Source: a virus
IMG/VR virus record: IMGVR_UViG_3300037225_000932
Coordinates: 1 to 64,000 of that record
Direction: 5' to 3' (one strand)
Length of the DNA stretch: 64,000 nucleotides
The stretch's first letter is position 1. Each line of letters opens with the position of its first letter. Below are positions 29,951 to 40,127 of the stretch, in pieces. Below the pieces are notes generated by a model, which ran no database searches, was not told where the DNA came from, and worked only from the letters and a program-made list of their open reading frames with translations. A program made the translations under genes and the position numbers.

Positions 29951-30833
29951 TAGTAAAGGTATAGTTTTTTTTAATTTCGGAAAAGAATGCGGCATGAGAA
30001 TGCTAGTAACTATGTATACTTTAAGAAAGTATTACAAAGAAAATGCTATATTATTATTAGCAAAAGAAGATAAAGACATTAATGACAGATTAGCAAAAGA
30101 AGCAAAGATATTAGGTATAGATATAGATTATTATGATTTAAATCGTATTTGTAAAAGAAATTTAAAAAGTGTAATGGCACCTAAGATATTGAAAATATCT
30201 CCATATACAGCATCAATTCAAGTAGATGCTGATACTTCATTTAGACATTCTCCTCAAGAAATATTAGATGGATGTTTTGATAAAGGAATATTAGTTACTC
30301 ATTTCTGTAATTGGTGGTCAAATGGACCGAGAATGAAAAAAAGAATAGATACTTTAAAACACTTAATTTCTGAAGAAAATTATAATGAGAGTATAAACCA
30401 TAAAGCGGCAGTTAATTGTGGCGTCGTTGGTTACTGTAAGGGCAAGGCAGATACTTTCCAGGAGGAATGGGAAGGTTTAACTGATAAGGGGGCTGGAATT
30501 TTTATTATGGAGGAAATAGCCTGTCAGGTTACTTATTGGAAATATCCTCACCATTTAGCTCCTTTAGAATGGAATGTTTCTGTTCTTTATGGAGATTTAG
30601 AAAGTTCAAAAATTATTCATTATCATGGTCATAAACATACAAATTTAGAAAGAAAAATAAGTAGATATTGGTGGGCGGAACTGGGATGGGCTCTTGAGGA
30701 TAATAAAATATCAAAAGAAAGTTTTCAGTTTTGGACAGAATATGATAATAATGTTAAAGATGTTATTTGTGAGAACGGATTTGATCATATAGAAAAAGCA
30801 AAAGAAGAATTTAAAAATTTGAGGAAAGTATGA
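29943..30833 (+). CDS. GT8-like glycosyltransferase
   Basis: QVDADT, VNCGV, EWNVS, IIHYHG. Confidence 0.7.
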   Translation: MDNSKGIVFFNFGKECGMRMLVTMYTLRKYYKENAILLLAKEDKDINDRLAKEAKILGIDIDYYDLNRICKRNLKSVMAPKILKISPYTASIQVDADTSFRHSPQEILDGCFDKGILVTHFCNWWSNGPRMKKRIDTLKHLISEENYNESINHKAAVNCGVVGYCKGKADTFQEEWEGLTDKGAGIFIMEEIACQVTYWKYPHHLAPLEWNVSVLYGDLESSKIIHYHGHKHTNLERKISRYWWAELGWALEDNKISKESFQFWTEYDNNVKDVICENGFDHIEKAKEEFKNLRKV

Positions 30834-31579
30834 AACTAAGTGAAATAACAACAATAATAGCCGTAGACGATCATCATCTTAATGAATTATCTTATTCTTT
30901 TTTAACTTGGAAAAAATATAAAAAAGAGATATTAGATAGTAATTTTTTAATAATATATGATGAAGATCAAGTAAAAGTAAACGATAAAAGATTTAGTATA
31001 TTTAATGGATTAAAAGTTAATTTTATTCCCTGGAATGATAAAGAATATATATATAACGACCAAAGAGAGAAAATGTTAACTTCTTTAATTGTCGCTCCAA
31101 ACTATGTTAAAACTAAATGGTATATTAAAATAGACACAGACGCTATTGCTGTAAATAATAAAAGATGGATATATGATGACTGGTTTTATGGAGATTATAT
31201 TTTTATATCAAATCCCTGGGGATACACTAAGCCTCCAAATGCTATAGAGATAATGGACGATTGGGGAGATAAAATAGATAAAATAAAGAACTTTAAAAGA
31301 TTAGAAATACATCCCAAACCTGGATCAGACATAGTAAGTCATCATAGAATAATTTCTTGGATATTTGTTTGTTTGACTGAATGGACACAAGAAATGTCTT
31401 CTTTCTGTAAAAAAGAAAATGGAACATATAAATTGCCAATACCTTCACAAGACACTTATTTAGTTTATTTAGCACAAAGATTGGGATTAAACTATAAAAA
31501 AGTTAGCTTTAAAAAATTTGGTTTTGATCATTTGCCTTTTTTTCATAGAATGAAAAAAAAATGTCTAGAGATACTATGA
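30830..31579 (+). CDS. GT-A-fold glycosyltransferase-like protein
   Basis: WYIKIDTDA DxD, SQDT. Confidence 0.6.
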   Translation: MKLSEITTIIAVDDHHLNELSYSFLTWKKYKKEILDSNFLIIYDEDQVKVNDKRFSIFNGLKVNFIPWNDKEYIYNDQREKMLTSLIVAPNYVKTKWYIKIDTDAIAVNNKRWIYDDWFYGDYIFISNPWGYTKPPNAIEIMDDWGDKIDKIKNFKRLEIHPKPGSDIVSHHRIISWIFVCLTEWTQEMSSFCKKENGTYKLPIPSQDTYLVYLAQRLGLNYKKVSFKKFGFDHLPFFHRMKKKCLEIL

Positions 31580-31638
31580 GATTAAAAATATCATATAAAT
31601 GTAAAAAAGAGTATTTAGAAAAAACATATTCACTATGA
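31576..31638 (+). CDS. 20-aa mini-ORF MRLKISYKCKKEYLEKTYSL
   Basis: ATGA overlaps at both ends; carries the island's shared N-terminal motif. Confidence 0.5.
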   Translation: MRLKISYKCKKEYLEKTYSL

Positions 31639-32411
31639 GGCTAACACTTACATATAATAATAAAAGGTTTAAATATTTTACATCTTTATTTCTCCCATCA
31701 AATAATTTTAATGGTATATATCATAACTCTACAAAAAGATTTGCCAATAATGCTATAAGGGATATAGAAAATAATTTTAATAAAGCATTACCTTTTTTAG
31801 AAAAAACTCAAGAATTATTAAAAGATGATATGGTAATATTTTTAGATGAAAATTTAAAAATAGAAAAACCATATATATATAATAAATCATTAAAATCAAG
31901 ATTAAATATAACATATATAAAAATTAAGCCTAATGGTATGTGGAATAATAAAATATTAACTTGTATTTTAGCTTTAGAAAAATATAATAGTATATTATGG
32001 TTTGATATGCTTGATGCTTTTGTTAAGGAAAAATTAAATAAAGAAGAAATAGATTTTTTATACAAAAAAGCAGAAAATACGTCGCTTGTAGTAGAGTGGG
32101 AAATATTTAAATGTTTTGGTCCTCATCCCGAAGGAACACGCGGGAGAATAAAACAACCACAAACGTCTATATTTTTTTGTAATTCAGATTATATATTAAA
32201 AGAAGCCTTAAAAACAAAAATAGATCATGATCAAATAGCATTATTATTTGCTTTACAAAAAAGCAAAGGATTATATCAAGAAAAAATAGACGAAAAGACT
32301 ATTAGAGGATATAGTAGTGAAGGATTGTTTTATCCTGGCAGATTAAGGAATGGACCATTAAACAAAGAAAATAAATATAAACCTAAAATTTTTCACAAAT
32401 ATAAAATATGA
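31635..32411 (+). CDS. putative glycosyltransferase-like protein
   Basis: NKI..ILWFD..HDQ, context. Confidence 0.5.
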   Translation: MRLTLTYNNKRFKYFTSLFLPSNNFNGIYHNSTKRFANNAIRDIENNFNKALPFLEKTQELLKDDMVIFLDENLKIEKPYIYNKSLKSRLNITYIKIKPNGMWNNKILTCILALEKYNSILWFDMLDAFVKEKLNKEEIDFLYKKAENTSLVVEWEIFKCFGPHPEGTRGRIKQPQTSIFFCNSDYILKEALKTKIDHDQIALLFALQKSKGLYQEKIDEKTIRGYSSEGLFYPGRLRNGPLNKENKYKPKIFHKYKI

Positions 32412-33190
32412 CAATAAATATAACATATACTGGTATAAAAAATAACAAAAATATTATTTCTATAGATAACAAAGATCTTATTTTTACCAGAAACAGAGCT
32501 ATAATACGAATATTATGGGGAACATTTTTAAAAGAAAATGATTTTCAAAGAGAAAAATTTCATAAAGAAGTTTTAGTATCATTGAAAAGCGAATGGAATA
32601 GAAAAAATATTATATGTTTTGCTGTCGGTGATTATATGTATAAATATTTATTGGATAAAGGAGCAGAACAAGTAATAAAAATTGATGAATCAATAATGTA
32701 TCATAATCATCATCATTTATACGCTAAACCACTGATAATACGAGAGGCTTTTAATATATATAAAGAAATATTGTTTTTAGATTGGGATATTTTAACATTA
32801 AAAGAAATAGATGAAAATTTATGGAATATTATATATGGTAAAAAAGGAAATATAAATGGGATATTTCAATGTCCTATGGTGACATATAGATTTGGACACT
32901 TAAAATATAGAAATAAAGAACCAAAAAACGAAATGTTAAATACTTGTTGTGTATACTGTTCAAATAAAGAGTTTATAGATGGATGGATAGATGGTTTTAA
33001 ATATATTAATTATGGAGTTGATGAAACTCCTCTAATGTATTATGTTGATAAAACTTTTGGGAAAGATATGTATATGACAAGAAATGAAATTGAAGAAACT
33101 TTTGATATAAAAATTATTAAAATGAGAAGAAAAGTTGATATATCAGATGTAAATAAAAAAGAAGAAAACATTTATTTTTGGCATAGATAA
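32408..33190 (+). CDS. putative GT-A glycosyltransferase
   Basis: ILFLDWD DxD, NTC, DE. Confidence 0.55.
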   Translation: MTINITYTGIKNNKNIISIDNKDLIFTRNRAIIRILWGTFLKENDFQREKFHKEVLVSLKSEWNRKNIICFAVGDYMYKYLLDKGAEQVIKIDESIMYHNHHHLYAKPLIIREAFNIYKEILFLDWDILTLKEIDENLWNIIYGKKGNINGIFQCPMVTYRFGHLKYRNKEPKNEMLNTCCVYCSNKEFIDGWIDGFKYINYGVDETPLMYYVDKTFGKDMYMTRNEIEETFDIKIIKMRRKVDISDVNKKEENIYFWHR

Positions 33191-33198
33191 TTATAAAA

Positions 33199-33867
33199 AT
33201 GAGACCTGTTTTACAATACAAAAATGATTTAATTTATGGATTTATTCACATAATGGCTGTTAATGATTATCAAGATATCGTTAATTCATTCGTTAAAGAT
33301 ATAATGAACTCAGGTCTTTATGATAAATGTAAAGAAATACAGTTAGGAGTATTAGGAGAATTTGATGAAAATTATTTTTCTAGTTTACCTGAAAAATTTA
33401 AAGTTAAATATAAATCTAATAATGTTTTAGAATATGAATTTCCTACATTAAACTTATTATATCAAAAATGTTTATTAGAAGATTGTAAAGTATTTTATAT
33501 TCACACAAAAGGAGTATCTGTAGAAGAGAAAGGATATAGAGAAAGGTGTAATCTATGGAGAGAGTATATGAAATATTTTATTATAGAAAAATACATATAT
33601 TGTGTAAAATACTTAGAAGAGTATGATGCTGTTGGATGTGAATTAGAATGTTGGCCTACTAATTGTCACTTTGCTGGTAATTTTTGGTGGTCAAAATCTG
33701 AGCATATTAAAAAATTATCACCAATATCTTCTTTAAGAAAACATAATAGAATAAGAGCAGAAAGGTGGTTGTTAAGGAGAAATAGAAATAAAAAAGTTAA
33801 ATGTCTTTTTTCTACAAACCGAGCTATAAGAGATTTTCCACCAGAAGAAAATGAATATAAAAAATGA
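33199..33867 (+). CDS. glycosyltransferase-like protein, paralog 1
   Basis: YEFPTL..VFYIHTKG..GNFWW..AE.W. Confidence 0.6.
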   Translation: MRPVLQYKNDLIYGFIHIMAVNDYQDIVNSFVKDIMNSGLYDKCKEIQLGVLGEFDENYFSSLPEKFKVKYKSNNVLEYEFPTLNLLYQKCLLEDCKVFYIHTKGVSVEEKGYRERCNLWREYMKYFIIEKYIYCVKYLEEYDAVGCELECWPTNCHFAGNFWWSKSEHIKKLSPISSLRKHNRIRAERWLLRRNRNKKVKCLFSTNRAIRDFPPEENEYKK

Positions 33868-34538
33868 GACCTGTTTTACAATACAAAAAAGATTGCTCTA
33901 TTTATGGATTTATTCACATAATGGCTGTTAATGATTATCAAGATATCGTTAATTCATTCGTTAAAGATATAATGAACTCAGGTCTTTATGATAAATGTAA
34001 AGAAATACAACTTGGAGTATTAGGAGAATTTGATGAAACTTATTTTTCTAAATTACCTAAAAAATTTAAAGTAAAATATAAATCATCAAATGTATTAGAA
34101 TATGAATTTCCTACATTAAACTTATTATATCAAAAGTGTTTATTAGAAGATTGTAAAGTGTTTTATATTCATACAAAAGGAGTATCTGTAAAAGATAAAA
34201 GATATAGAGAAAGGTGTAATGGTTGGAGAAAATATATGGAGTATTTTATAGTCGGAAAACACAAAGATTGTATAAAGTATTTAGAAGAGTATGATGCTGT
34301 TGGATGTGAGCATATTACATTTAGAGTATTTGTTATTTTTTCTGGTAATTTTTGGTGGGCTAAATCTGATTATATAAAAAAATTAAGACCAATATATTCT
34401 TTAAATATAAAAGGAAGAGGAGAAGCAGAGTCTTGGTTACTAAACAATAATATAGACAAAAAAGTAAAAGAGATATATAAACTAAAAAGAAAGGCAGCAA
34501 AGGCTACACCTAATGAAAATGAATATAAAAATAAATGA
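33864..34538 (+). CDS. glycosyltransferase-like protein, paralog 2
   Basis: 5' half near-identical to 33199 and 37152. Confidence 0.6.
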   Translation: MRPVLQYKKDCSIYGFIHIMAVNDYQDIVNSFVKDIMNSGLYDKCKEIQLGVLGEFDETYFSKLPKKFKVKYKSSNVLEYEFPTLNLLYQKCLLEDCKVFYIHTKGVSVKDKRYRERCNGWRKYMEYFIVGKHKDCIKYLEEYDAVGCEHITFRVFVIFSGNFWWAKSDYIKKLRPIYSLNIKGRGEAESWLLNNNIDKKVKEIYKLKRKAAKATPNENEYKNK

Positions 34539-35422
34539 AAAATCTAAAATTAAAGATAGAATATAAAGAAAAATATAAGTTAACTAATAATACCATAATA
34601 ATATCTGGAGATAATTTTGGAGATTTTTTCTTATCTTATTTAATATATTTAATATTAAAAAAATATATTATAAACATTTATTTTAATATTAACAATTTTA
34701 ATATTAACAATTTTCACGCAGAAAATTTAATAAATCACAAAGAAGATGAGCATATTTTTTTAGGAGACATATCAGACAAAATATTTTTTAATATAATTAA
34801 ATTTAAATATAATAATGAACAAGGTAATAAAAACAATATTTTAGAAATGTTTTTTAATGAATTTTTCCAACAATTTAATATACCTAATGATATTTGTGAT
34901 AAAATAAGGCAAGAGATCAAAACCACAAAATACAAGATACCAGTTAAATATTATGATATACTAAGTATACCAAGTGTAGATGTTTCAATTGTATCAAAGG
35001 GAGGATTGTGGTCTGGATACAAGAACTGGCCATATTTTAAAGAGTTAAAAGATAAACTAAATGAAAATAAAATAACTTATATAGATTTAAGTGAAAAAAA
35101 TATAAAGAATATAGAATGTTTAAATTATATTAAAAAGAGTAAATTATATTTAGGATTAGATACAGGAGTTAGTCATTACGCTTCTTCTGTTGCTTCAGGT
35201 AAAGCTTTAATACTACAAAGTGGTTATAGTTATTTTGATTTTTGGTGCTTTTATGATTATGATTATATAAATGTAAACATTGAGTGTCAAAAATGCTTCT
35301 TAAACTATTACACTATAACAAAAAAACATAAATACATGAACTGTAAAAATGACCATAAATGTATGAAAAATATTAGTGTAGATATGGTATATAATAAAAT
35401 TGTAGAAAAATTAAAAAAATGA
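34535..35422 (+). CDS. GT9 heptosyltransferase-like protein, paralog A
   Basis: FGD, KNWPYF, YLGLDTGVSHYA, CQKC..HKCM. Confidence 0.7.
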   Translation: MKNLKLKIEYKEKYKLTNNTIIISGDNFGDFFLSYLIYLILKKYIINIYFNINNFNINNFHAENLINHKEDEHIFLGDISDKIFFNIIKFKYNNEQGNKNNILEMFFNEFFQQFNIPNDICDKIRQEIKTTKYKIPVKYYDILSIPSVDVSIVSKGGLWSGYKNWPYFKELKDKLNENKITYIDLSEKNIKNIECLNYIKKSKLYLGLDTGVSHYASSVASGKALILQSGYSYFDFWCFYDYDYINVNIECQKCFLNYYTITKKHKYMNCKNDHKCMKNISVDMVYNKIVEKLKK

Positions 35423-36243
35423 GACCAATCTTGAAATATAAAGATTATTCTATAATAACTCAAAAATGTTTTGAAATAGAAATGTCTTCTGGTTGTACTA
35501 GGAAGTGTCTTTTTTGTTATCCAGGAGTAAACAAAGAAAGACGAAACAATCCTGTTTATTTAGATGAAAATAGATATGAAGAAGTAATTAATGAAATATA
35601 TACTTTTCCAGAAAATGAAAAAAGATGGATAGAATATGCTGGTCACGGAGAGCCTTTATCTCATCCTCAAATAAAAGAAATGTTATTATATACTCGTAAA
35701 ACATTACCTAAAATCAATCTTTTTATCATAACAAATGGAGATTTATTAACTGAAGAGTTATGCTTTTTATTTAAAGAAATACATGTAGAACAAATATTAT
35801 TAGATTATTATGGAAAATTAAACAATATAGATCCTAAAGAAAAAATTCTTAATATGATTAAAAAATCTGGTTTTAATTTAAGAAATTTTTATTTTATGGA
35901 TCATACTAAAAGAAAGTCTTCAAAATATAGAAGTAGATGTTCTAATTTGTTTATTCCAAAAGACCTTGAAAAATATAGAAATATAAAATGTTATAGACCT
36001 TATGATTTTCTTTTTTTATCTGCTGAAGGAGAATGGGTTTTGTGTGGTGAAGATCTTAAACACGAAAAAAAGTGGAGTAAAAATTTATCTATTTATGAGT
36101 TAAATCTAAATGAAGAGTTTTGTAAAATTAAAAATGAGTTAATTCTTGGAAATAGAGATATTTGTAGTATGTGCTTAAAATGTGATAATTGTGAAAAATC
36201 ATTACAGGAATCCAAGTGGCTCACTCCTAAAAAAGAAAAATGA
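35419..36243 (+). CDS. radical SAM/SPASM(twitch) protein
   Basis: CTRKCLFC, GHGEPL, ITNG, CYRP..LC..CLKC. Confidence 0.85.
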   Translation: MRPILKYKDYSIITQKCFEIEMSSGCTRKCLFCYPGVNKERRNNPVYLDENRYEEVINEIYTFPENEKRWIEYAGHGEPLSHPQIKEMLLYTRKTLPKINLFIITNGDLLTEELCFLFKEIHVEQILLDYYGKLNNIDPKEKILNMIKKSGFNLRNFYFMDHTKRKSSKYRSRCSNLFIPKDLEKYRNIKCYRPYDFLFLSAEGEWVLCGEDLKHEKKWSKNLSIYELNLNEEFCKIKNELILGNRDICSMCLKCDNCEKSLQESKWLTPKKEK

Positions 36244-36246
36244 AAA

Positions 36247-37155
36247 ATGAAAAATCCACAATTAAAAATAAAATATAATACTAATACTAAAATAGAATCG
36301 GTGGTTAAAGAAGAAAATAAATATACCTTATCAGTTAATCCTATATTAAACCATAAATTTTCAGGTTTTGGAGATAAATTAATGACATATTTATTTTATC
36401 TTGTTTTAAAGAGATATATTTCTAATATATTTATTGATATAAACGAAAACAATATGATGTCTTTTATAGAATATGATAAAAATGATAAACATATTATTTT
36501 AGAAAATAAAATAGATAAAACATTTTTTATAGAATATGATAACTATTATGCTGGTAGGGGAAATAATTATTATATAAAAACAAATAGTATATTAAATAGT
36601 ATATTAGAGATAATGTTAATTAAATTTTCTAAACAATTTAATGTGCCTAATAATATTTGTGATAAAATAAAACAAGAAATTAAGAATACAAAGTATAGAA
36701 TACCAGTTAAATATTATGATATACCAAATATACCAAGTGTAGATATTTCAATTGTTTCAAAAACAGGAAGATTTACACCTTATAGAAACTGGCCTTACTT
36801 TAAAGAATTAAAAGAAAAATTAAATAAAGAAAAAATAACTTATATAGATTTAATTGAAAAAAATATTAAAAATGTAGAATGTTTAAATTATATTAAAAAG
36901 AGTAAATTATATTTAGGATTAGATACAGGAGTTAGTCATTATGCTTCTTCTGTGGCTTCTGGTAAAACACTAATCATACAGAGTGGATATAATTATTTTG
37001 ATTTTTGGTGCTTTTATGATTATGATTATATAAATGTAAACATTGAGTGTCAAAAGTGTTTTAAAAGATATGGATGTCCTTATGATCATAAATGTATGAA
37101 AGATATCAGTGTAAATATGGTATATAATAAAATTATAGAAAAATTAAATAAATGA
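36247..37155 (+). CDS. GT9 heptosyltransferase-like protein, paralog B
   Basis: GFGD, RNWPYF, YLGLDTGVSHYA; 3' half near-identical to 34535. Confidence 0.7.
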   Translation: MKNPQLKIKYNTNTKIESVVKEENKYTLSVNPILNHKFSGFGDKLMTYLFYLVLKRYISNIFIDINENNMMSFIEYDKNDKHIILENKIDKTFFIEYDNYYAGRGNNYYIKTNSILNSILEIMLIKFSKQFNVPNNICDKIKQEIKNTKYRIPVKYYDIPNIPSVDISIVSKTGRFTPYRNWPYFKELKEKLNKEKITYIDLIEKNIKNVECLNYIKKSKLYLGLDTGVSHYASSVASGKTLIIQSGYNYFDFWCFYDYDYINVNIECQKCFKRYGCPYDHKCMKDISVNMVYNKIIEKLNK

Positions 37156-37835
37156 GACCTGTTTTAAAATACAAAACTGATTTAATTTATGGATTTATTC
37201 ACATAATGGCTGTTAATGATTATCAAGATATCGTTAATTTATTCGTTAAAGATATAATGAACTCAGGTCTTTATGATAAATGTAAAGAAATACAACTTGG
37301 AGTATTAGGAGAATTTGATGAAACTTATTTTTCTAAATTACCTAAAAAATTTAAAGTAAAATATAAATCATCAAATGTATTAGAATATGAATTTCCTACA
37401 TTAAACTTATTATATCAAAAATGTTTATTAGAAGATTGTAAAGTATTTTATATTCACACAAAAGGAGTATCAAAAGTAAATATTAGAGAAAAAATAAACT
37501 GCGATATGTGGAGAAGATATATGGAGTATTTTATAGTAGAAAAGCATAAAGATTGTATAGAATATTTAAAAGAATATAATGCTGTAGGATGTCAGGTTTC
37601 AACTGATAAGATGCCATTTTGTAGAAATTGGTGTTTTGTTGGTAATTTTTGGTGGTCTAAATCTGAATATATTAAAAAATTATCACCAATATCTTCTTTA
37701 AGAAAACATAATAGAATGAAAGCAGAAAAGTGGGTTTTAAGTTATAAGGATAAAAAGGTAAAATCTCTCTTTGAGGTAAATAGAAGACTTATAGACTTTC
37801 CACCAGAAGAAAATGAATATAAAAATCAAGTATAA
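37152..37835 (+). CDS. glycosyltransferase-like protein, paralog 3
   Basis: Mosaic of paralogs 1 and 2. Confidence 0.6.
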   Translation: MRPVLKYKTDLIYGFIHIMAVNDYQDIVNLFVKDIMNSGLYDKCKEIQLGVLGEFDETYFSKLPKKFKVKYKSSNVLEYEFPTLNLLYQKCLLEDCKVFYIHTKGVSKVNIREKINCDMWRRYMEYFIVEKHKDCIEYLKEYNAVGCQVSTDKMPFCRNWCFVGNFWWSKSEYIKKLSPISSLRKHNRMKAEKWVLSYKDKKVKSLFEVNRRLIDFPPEENEYKNQV

Positions 37836-37837
37836 CA

Positions 37838-38644
37838 TTAATACTTGTCTATATCAAACATTTTGTTATCTTCTTTTGATATATTTATATTGTTAATGTG
37901 TAAAAACTTTTTAAATTTTAAAAAACTATTAGACTCAAAAATATAATTATCTTCATTATGAAACTTAAGAGTATTATTTGTAAATAAACTTAATCTTTTT
38001 TTATTACATAAAAAATTTAATTTAGCCTCTAATCTCGTGTTAAAGTTACAAGTGCATTTGTCCCAAGAGTTTAATTTTCCAAAAGTATTGATAAATTTTT
38101 TATCAAAAGAAGTTCTTGTAATAGTCCTTGAAGAGCAGGGAAAGTTTTTCTCATAATAAGATGGAGTAGTATCTTTGTTATAATAAGAAGCTATTTCATA
38201 TTCTCCTAAAATATTGTTTATATTTTTAATATTTTCATCATATAACAGAGTATCATCTTCTAGCCATATATGAAAATCATATTTTTTAATGGCTAAATTT
38301 GAAGCTAATAGATAAGATGGTATACTTGGATAATTATAGTAAATATTATTGTGTTGTATTATTTTTGCTTCTTTATACATTTTTCTATCAGTCCATTTTT
38401 TTACTAAATCTATTTTGTTGTTATTTAATTTTGAAGATAATAAAAATGAATTATTTTTTAATTTAGAAATATGTTGTATTATACACAGATCTAATATTCC
38501 ATTTCTTTTTGCGTTTAATTTTGGATATAAATATTTACAAAAAATATAAGGAAAATATACTCTTTTATTTTGAAGTATAGTTATTAAGGTTTTTTGTTGA
38601 ATACTATCAGGTGTTGTATTTTTTTTGTATGATATATTTATCAT
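37838..38644 (-). CDS. putative glycosyltransferase-like protein
   Basis: YDFHIWLEDD motif; MINISYK leader. Confidence 0.5.
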   Translation of the reverse strand: MINISYKKNTTPDSIQQKTLITILQNKRVYFPYIFCKYLYPKLNAKRNGILDLCIIQHISKLKNNSFLLSSKLNNNKIDLVKKWTDRKMYKEAKIIQHNNIYYNYPSIPSYLLASNLAIKKYDFHIWLEDDTLLYDENIKNINNILGEYEIASYYNKDTTPSYYEKNFPCSSRTITRTSFDKKFINTFGKLNSWDKCTCNFNTRLEAKLNFLCNKKRLSLFTNNTLKFHNEDNYIFESNSFLKFKKFLHINNINISKEDNKMFDIDKY

Positions 38645-39020
38645 GACTATTTACACTATCGGGTATCTTAACACTACTAGATTAAATCTTAAACATAAAA
38701 TACAAGAATTAAACTTAGTTTTAGTAGATATTAGACTTAATCCATACTCTCATTTTCCATTTTGGAACAAAAATGATTTAGAAGATTTTTTTAAAGAAGA
38801 TTATTTACATATTAAAGATTTAGGTAATGAAAATTATAAAGGAAGAGAAATAAAAATCCCAAATATAGATAATGGTATAAAGGCAATAAAAGAAATATAT
38901 AATAGAAATAAAAGTTGTATATTAATGTGTGTTTGTTCTAAATATAATCTATGTCATAGAAAAATAATAGCAGAAAAAGTAAAAGAGATTTTATGTTGCG
39001 AAATAGAAGAGATAGAATAG
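38643..39020 (+). CDS. DUF488 family protein
   Basis: IYTIGY..LVDIRLNPYS..LGN..LMC..CHRKIIA. Confidence 0.8.
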   Translation: MTIYTIGYLNTTRLNLKHKIQELNLVLVDIRLNPYSHFPFWNKNDLEDFFKEDYLHIKDLGNENYKGREIKIPNIDNGIKAIKEIYNRNKSCILMCVCSKYNLCHRKIIAEKVKEILCCEIEEIE

Positions 39021-39034
39021 CATAGGATAACGTC

Positions 39035-40015
39035 TTGATATCTCACAGAAATATAAAAATAACATATGATATATCAAAAACAAAAAATATTTCTATAGTA
39101 TCACATTCTGTTGAAAAGAAATATAATATATCTATTTCTACTAATAATAATTTTGGAGCAAAAAATACTTTTCTTAAACACTTTATTAAAAGTGGAATAT
39201 TCTCTAAAATTTCTTATAATTATTTTTCCCCGATTGGGAAAAGTAAACAGATATTTTTTATTTCTATAAATGAAATAAATTGTTTAATAAATCACGGTGA
39301 TAACACTTGGATTAATAATAATATATTTAATGAATGTGATAAAATAAATAAGCATATAGATTTTTATTTTGTTTTACAGTATTCACATAATAGAAAAGAA
39401 GAATATAATGAATTAGGTAAAAAATACTCTATGTTTGTTTTGCCTTTAATTTATCCGCCATCTCCTAATTTTAAAGAAAACACTTTTTTATGGAAAAATA
39501 AAGAGTTTAAGTATTTAGCTAATATGGCTTTTGGAACAAGAATTAGAAAGCATAGGAGACCTTGGATAAAAAGAACTTTAAATGATAATAGATTTTTTAG
39601 ACAAAAAACTTTTGGTGATGATTATATAAATATACTTAAGGACACTAAGTGGGGATTATCACTTAAGGGAGCAGGTTATTCTTTTGATGGTAAGTGTTAT
39701 AGAGAAGCTGAATATATGTCTTTTGGTATGCCATTAGCTTTAAATTACAAACCGTGTTATCCTTTTCCTTTTTATCCAGGAGAACATTATTTATATTTAA
39801 ATAATCCAATACAATTAGCGGTGTTAGATAGTATTGATCCAACAAATTACGCTAAAAAATCAAGAGAAACTTGGGAAAATTATTTTAGCCCTAAAGGTAT
39901 GACTAATTTATTATTAGAAATTATATTTAATAAAAAATATAGAGATAATATACCTAAATTTTGGAAACACTTTGAAGAAAAATCTCAAGATAACATATGT
40001 AAAACAAATATATAA
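39035..40015 (+). CDS. GT-B-like glycosyltransferase
   Basis: Y..IL..TKWGLSLKG..KCYREAEYMSFG..PGEHY C-terminal motif. Confidence 0.55.
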   Translation: MISHRNIKITYDISKTKNISIVSHSVEKKYNISISTNNNFGAKNTFLKHFIKSGIFSKISYNYFSPIGKSKQIFFISINEINCLINHGDNTWINNNIFNECDKINKHIDFYFVLQYSHNRKEEYNELGKKYSMFVLPLIYPPSPNFKENTFLWKNKEFKYLANMAFGTRIRKHRRPWIKRTLNDNRFFRQKTFGDDYINILKDTKWGLSLKGAGYSFDGKCYREAEYMSFGMPLALNYKPCYPFPFYPGEHYLYLNNPIQLAVLDSIDPTNYAKKSRETWENYFSPKGMTNLLLEIIFNKKYRDNIPKFWKHFEEKSQDNICKTNI

Positions 40016-40127
40016 TATTGAATTGTTAATACGTATATTTATAATAGTGGTGTTAAAATAGTTTATACATAATATTAAACAAAGAGCCAATCTTTAGATG
40101 TTAAAAACTTTTAATAAGGAGAAAATA

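Noticed and set aside
33199-37835. Diversity-generating retroelement TR/VR pairs
   Set aside because: No reverse transcriptase is present, all copies are full genes, and the differences include indels and are not adenine-specific.
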